Source: a virus
Lineage: Duplodnaviria; Heunggongvirae; Uroviricota; Caudoviricetes
Virus record (IMG/VR): IMGVR_UViG_3300023118_000008
Span: 1 to 28,187 of that record
DNA length: 28,187 bases
Strand: one strand, 5' to 3'
Shown here: positions 24,810 to 28,187 of the stretch, piece after piece
Position numbering within the stretch: the first letter of the stretch is position 1
Layout of the letters: each line of letters begins with the position of its first letter
Notes under the pieces: generated by a model
What the model was told of the DNA's origin: nothing
Seen by the model: the letters and a program-made list of their open reading frames with translations, nothing else
Database searches by the model: none
Program-made: the position numbers and the translations under genes

Positions 24810-25036
24810 TGCTACTAAACAATACAATTACAATAGAAGTAACAAATGATGGTGAAAATAATAAAGTAGCTCTTAATTCAAAGGGAGCTACTTACCTGAT
24901 GGAAATTATGACTTCTTTAGAGCTTGCTAAAAACAGTTTGATGTCAGTTATTGAACAAAAAGTCAAATCAGATAGCCCTAAAGGAGATTTTAAAGAGTGG
25001 TTGAATAATTTAAAAATAGAGGATTTAGATTTTTAA
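24809..25036 (+). CDS. hypothetical protein
   Basis: 75 aa; TAATG coupling. Confidence 0.65.
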   Translation: MLLNNTITIEVTNDGENNKVALNSKGATYLMEIMTSLELAKNSLMSVIEQKVKSDSPKGDFKEWLNNLKIEDLDF

Positions 25037-25057
25037 TCTTTTCTCGGCAATAAAATT

Positions 25058-25657
25058 ATGTTTACAAAAATAAAAAATCTTTGGACTTTATACAAATGGA
25101 ACAAAGACGTAAATAAAATAAAAAACAAAGATAGCTTCCTAAAAACCTATAAACATTTCACTCCCAAGAGAAAAGGTTCTAATACAAGAAACCTAATAGC
25201 TTCAATCTTAAAACAGATAAGGGATTATAAAGTTTTAGGTTATTACTCCGAAGCTAAAAGTCTTTATGATGAATATTGGACTTTAGATAATCATATTCCT
25301 AGTTTTGAATACATCAGAGAAAAAGTTAAAGAGTCAGAGATTTGGTTGACTTTATTTAGGAGGGATTATCCAGTGAAAGGTACTAGGTTTTGTGAGTATT
25401 TTATAAATTCTTCGGGAGGTTTAAAGACTTTTAAATTATCAAGTGAAGAGAAATCCTATGGCTTTGTTTCCGATCCATTTGTGAATGAGTTTGGAAATTC
25501 TATATCAGAGGAAAATTTGACTCAGTTTAAGTTTGCTACAAAAGAAGAAGTTGAAAAAGAAAAATCTCGCCAAAAGAAAATTTCAGACGTAGAAAAACTC
25601 ATAAAAATAAAACAGAAAGAAGTACAAGCTTTATATAACCAAAAGAATGAGTTATGA
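25058..25657 (+). CDS. hypothetical protein
   Basis: 199-aa ORF. Confidence 0.7.
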   Translation: MFTKIKNLWTLYKWNKDVNKIKNKDSFLKTYKHFTPKRKGSNTRNLIASILKQIRDYKVLGYYSEAKSLYDEYWTLDNHIPSFEYIREKVKESEIWLTLFRRDYPVKGTRFCEYFINSSGGLKTFKLSSEEKSYGFVSDPFVNEFGNSISEENLTQFKFATKEEVEKEKSRQKKISDVEKLIKIKQKEVQALYNQKNEL

Positions 25658-26025
25658 AAAAAGAAAGAGAACAGTACTTCAAATCCCTTGGCTATAGAGT
25701 AATAACAGAGGAGGATTTTGAAAATTATTCATTATATTTTAGAATATTGGAATTCGATGTATACCAAAAAAGTACATGGTCATATCCTAGCGTGTCCCCT
25801 TATCATAAAAATTTAGAACTTTATATAAAAATTACAAAGGAAGAAGAGGATTGCGAATATTATAACTTGATATTCTACGATAAAGGAATTTTTAAAATAG
25901 ATTTATCATCCTGTAAGGCTACAGTTTACGGTACTTATGTAGATGCCGTTATTATGGATGATATTCAAAGATATTATGAACTGGAAAGTTTGGAAGAAGT
26001 AAAAGAAATAGAAAATTTATTATGA
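25654..26025 (+). CDS. hypothetical protein
   Basis: 123 aa; ATGA coupling. Confidence 0.65.
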   Translation: MKKEREQYFKSLGYRVITEEDFENYSLYFRILEFDVYQKSTWSYPSVSPYHKNLELYIKITKEEEDCEYYNLIFYDKGIFKIDLSSCKATVYGTYVDAVIMDDIQRYYELESLEEVKEIENLL

Positions 26026-26330
26026 AGATGGAAAATAAATATATAGCAGTAACAGAGGTGTCAAATAAAGAAGTTTATATTGAACCAAAAGCGTTACCAC
26101 TAGAGAAGTTTGTAAAAAATTTAATTTTTACTCCTATAGACCTCGGTAAACAATCAAACATACAAAAACCGTTCTTAGCTTTTGAATTATCACAAGAAAT
26201 ATTTGATTTTATAAACTCTGTTGCAACTATAACTGTACCTTTATTCGGCGAAAAAGAATATAAAATAAACGACTTGACTTTTAAAATATACCCAAAAGAA
26301 GATTACGAAAACATTCACGGAAAAATATGA
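26022..26330 (+). CDS. hypothetical protein
   Basis: 102 aa; ATGA coupling. Confidence 0.65.
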   Translation: MKMENKYIAVTEVSNKEVYIEPKALPLEKFVKNLIFTPIDLGKQSNIQKPFLAFELSQEIFDFINSVATITVPLFGEKEYKINDLTFKIYPKEDYENIHGKI

Positions 26331-26629
26331 AACTAGGAGAATTTATAAAAGAGTTCAGCCACAACAACATTGTGAGATTAGTCTACGATTACAAAGGTGG
26401 GCATAAATTAGTAGGCGAAGATTGGAATGATGTTTCAATGGATCATGAAATCACAAGACAGACTGGAAAGTTTAAAAATTACATAAACAATGAGGTTTTA
26501 GGCTTAGCAACTATTTTAGTCAAAGGTCACTATCCTGAAGCTTTAAATATATGCATAGAAAGGTTAGAAAACCAACCACAGTTAGAAGATTTATACGAAA
26601 AGAAAAATAAAAATTCAGATGGACAATAA
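26327..26629 (+). CDS. hypothetical protein
   Basis: 100 aa; ATGA coupling. Confidence 0.65.
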   Translation: MKLGEFIKEFSHNNIVRLVYDYKGGHKLVGEDWNDVSMDHEITRQTGKFKNYINNEVLGLATILVKGHYPEALNICIERLENQPQLEDLYEKKNKNSDGQ

Positions 26630-26813
26630 ATTAAAAAACGCAGTAGAAGTACTAAGAGAAGCTTTAAAAACAGATGAAGGCTACAGAATTGGATGGCAAG
26701 CTAACATTGCAATGGCTTTCAAAGATGAATATTACCGTTCTAAAAATAAGGAAGAAATTCACGAAATAGCAAATAAAGCCTCAGATAATTTTTTACAATT
26801 GTTATGTCAATAG
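26619..26813 (+). CDS. small conserved-looking phage protein
   Basis: 64 aa; L..AL..D.GY..GWQANIAMAF.DE motif. Confidence 0.65.
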   Translation: MDNKLKNAVEVLREALKTDEGYRIGWQANIAMAFKDEYYRSKNKEEIHEIANKASDNFLQLLCQ

Positions 26814-26989
26814 AAAGATCTAAAGTTTCGGAGAGAGGTATATACATAAAAGAAGGTGAGTATAATTTTACAATTTCAAATACCGAAAATAGAAGAGAAT
26901 TACTCATGTCATTTCCAAAAAGATATGATAGAGAAAAGGCGAAAAAAGAATTTCAAAGTAGATTAAATAGTTACGAGTTATGCCAATAA
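26804..26989 (+). CDS. hypothetical protein
   Basis: 61 aa; overlaps both neighbours. Confidence 0.6.
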   Translation: MSIERSKVSERGIYIKEGEYNFTISNTENRRELLMSFPKRYDREKAKKEFQSRLNSYELCQ

Positions 26990-27408
26990 AAAAACAAACA
27001 GTAAATTGGACTTTTAATGGTAAGGAGATTACTTGCTTGCAAGATTGTGAAGCTAATGCTTTAGCCTTTATTTATAAAATTTCTCTTTTAGACGGCACAG
27101 GAAGATACTACATTGGTAGAAAAACTCTTCTAAAACCAAAACATACTAAAGGTGTGAATAAAGGACTTAGCAAAGGGGAGTATTCATGGAAATCATATTG
27201 TGGATCATCTAAGGAACTCTTAAAAATTTTAAAAGACGAGAAACCTTCCTACAAAAAAGAGATTTTAAAATTTACCTTCACTAAGGCTGAAACAACTTAT
27301 GAGGAAGCAAAAAATATAATCTGCTCAGGAGCTTTGACAGACCCCTTATGTTTTAATTATTGGTTTAAAGGAACAATGTACAGTAAACACTTAGAAAAAT
27401 ACACTTAG
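26980..27408 (+). CDS. short GIY-YIG family nuclease
   Basis: FIYKI-x7-YYIGRK, W..Y.GSS, KEIL.F, TYEE. Confidence 0.75.
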   Translation: MPIKKQTVNWTFNGKEITCLQDCEANALAFIYKISLLDGTGRYYIGRKTLLKPKHTKGVNKGLSKGEYSWKSYCGSSKELLKILKDEKPSYKKEILKFTFTKAETTYEEAKNIICSGALTDPLCFNYWFKGTMYSKHLEKYT

Positions 27409-28187
27409 ATGGCAAAATATTTTTACGATTGCGAATTTTTAGAAGGAAGACAAAAAGAACAGTTTCCTATGTCCTTATTTAGAAAAGAAACTAAACCGAC
27501 GATTGATTTAATCAGTATTGGAATTGTTAGTGAAGAACAAGAAGTTGAAACTCTGAATACAGGAAGGGATTGGTCTATCATCAAAGAGTTTAAAAGTAGA
27601 GAGTACTACGCTATTTCAAAAGACTTTAATCTAAAAGAGGCTTGGAATAGATTCGATTTAGAGTATAGGCTTGTTGACGCGGGAAGAGATAAACAAAATG
27701 TAAAAGTTTATTGGATTAGAGAAAATGTCCTAAGACCTATCTTTAATGAACTTTTAGAAAGATTTAATAAAGACAGTATAAAATCACTCAATAGTAATAA
27801 TTATATTGGGTGTATCCCTAATCAAAAATTCAGGTACGATCTTCTAAAATTTCTTATAAATTATTATGGTAAAACTAACAACCAAATCGCACAAGAAGTT
27901 TTTGAATTTATAACTCAAGATGAAATAAGTTTAAAAAAGGCTAAACATTACAATGTAAATTACGAAAACATTGAACTATATGGTTATTATTCAGCTTATG
28001 ACCACGTTGTACTGTGTTGGCTATTTGGTAAAATGATAGACCTTCCAAACGGGTTTCCGATGAATACAATAGACCTAAAGCAAATTTTAGATGAACAAGC
28101 TTTGAAAGAAGTTTTAGAAAATAATCAAAAAGAGAACATAGAACAAGTATTAAACTCATGGAAAAGGTTTGACAGTTACCCCAAACA
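27409..28187 (+). CDS. DEDD 3'-5' exoribonuclease (Rv2179c/DUF5051-like), truncated by the window edge
   Basis: Own translation, absent from the track: MAKYFYDCEFLEG...IDLISIGIV...EYYAISKDF...YGYYSAYDHVVLCWLFGKMIDLPNGFPM..IDLKQ; ATG directly after the preceding TAG. Confidence 0.85.
   Translation, partial: MAKYFYDCEFLEGRQKEQFPMSLFRKETKPTIDLISIGIVSEEQEVETLNTGRDWSIIKEFKSREYYAISKDFNLKEAWNRFDLEYRLVDAGRDKQNVKVYWIRENVLRPIFNELLERFNKDSIKSLNSNNYIGCIPNQKFRYDLLKFLINYYGKTNNQIAQEVFEFITQDEISLKKAKHYNVNYENIELYGYYSAYDHVVLCWLFGKMIDLPNGFPMNTIDLKQILDEQALKEVLENNQKENIEQVLNSWKRFDSYPK

Noticed and set aside
1-28187. Stop-codon reassignment (TAG/TGA), known in some gut crAss-like phages
   Set aside because: Core genes are intact under the standard code; TAG ends terL, 368..844, the GIY-YIG repeat gene and 26980..27408 right at the next gene or promoter
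1-28187. tRNA genes, CRISPR arrays, DGR template/variable repeats, integrase/att sites
   Set aside because: No T-loop/cloverleaf signatures, spaced repeats, reverse transcriptase or recombinase seen

Overview
A 28-kb segment of a lytic crAss-like (Crassvirales-type) dsDNA phage infecting a Bacteroidota host, read with the standard genetic code (TAG acts as a stop). Two divergent arms meet at about 17,250-17,350. The minus-strand arm (1-17,245) is the virion/packaging block: about nine small genes (GroES-like, winged-HTH, IHF-like?, Cys-rich, DUF1573-like), a large terminase with a 373-aa LAGLIDADG intein and a long N-terminal extension, portal, scaffold-like protein, major capsid protein, a conserved post-capsid protein, a ring/adaptor-like protein and a 740-aa structural protein. 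The plus-strand arm (17,381-end) holds replication/recombination and accessory genes: an HTH Rep-like protein preceded by a structured ~165-nt leader, a GIY-YIG endonuclease flanked by 3+3 tandem repeats, a RadD/UvsW-like SF2 helicase, a NinG-like nuclease, a UvsY-like protein, a RecA/UvsX-like recombinase, a second GIY-YIG nuclease, a DEDD exoribonuclease and many small translationally coupled ORFs. Five complete Bacteroidota sigma70 promoters (TTG/TTTG-N19-20-TAnnTTTG) support the host phylum. The most unusual candidates are a 62-aa stand-alone EF-Tu domain II-like protein, a multi-hairpin leader RNA with two complementary loops, and a T4-style UvsX/UvsY/UvsW-like kit. All product calls come from motif recognition by eye; no database searches were run.
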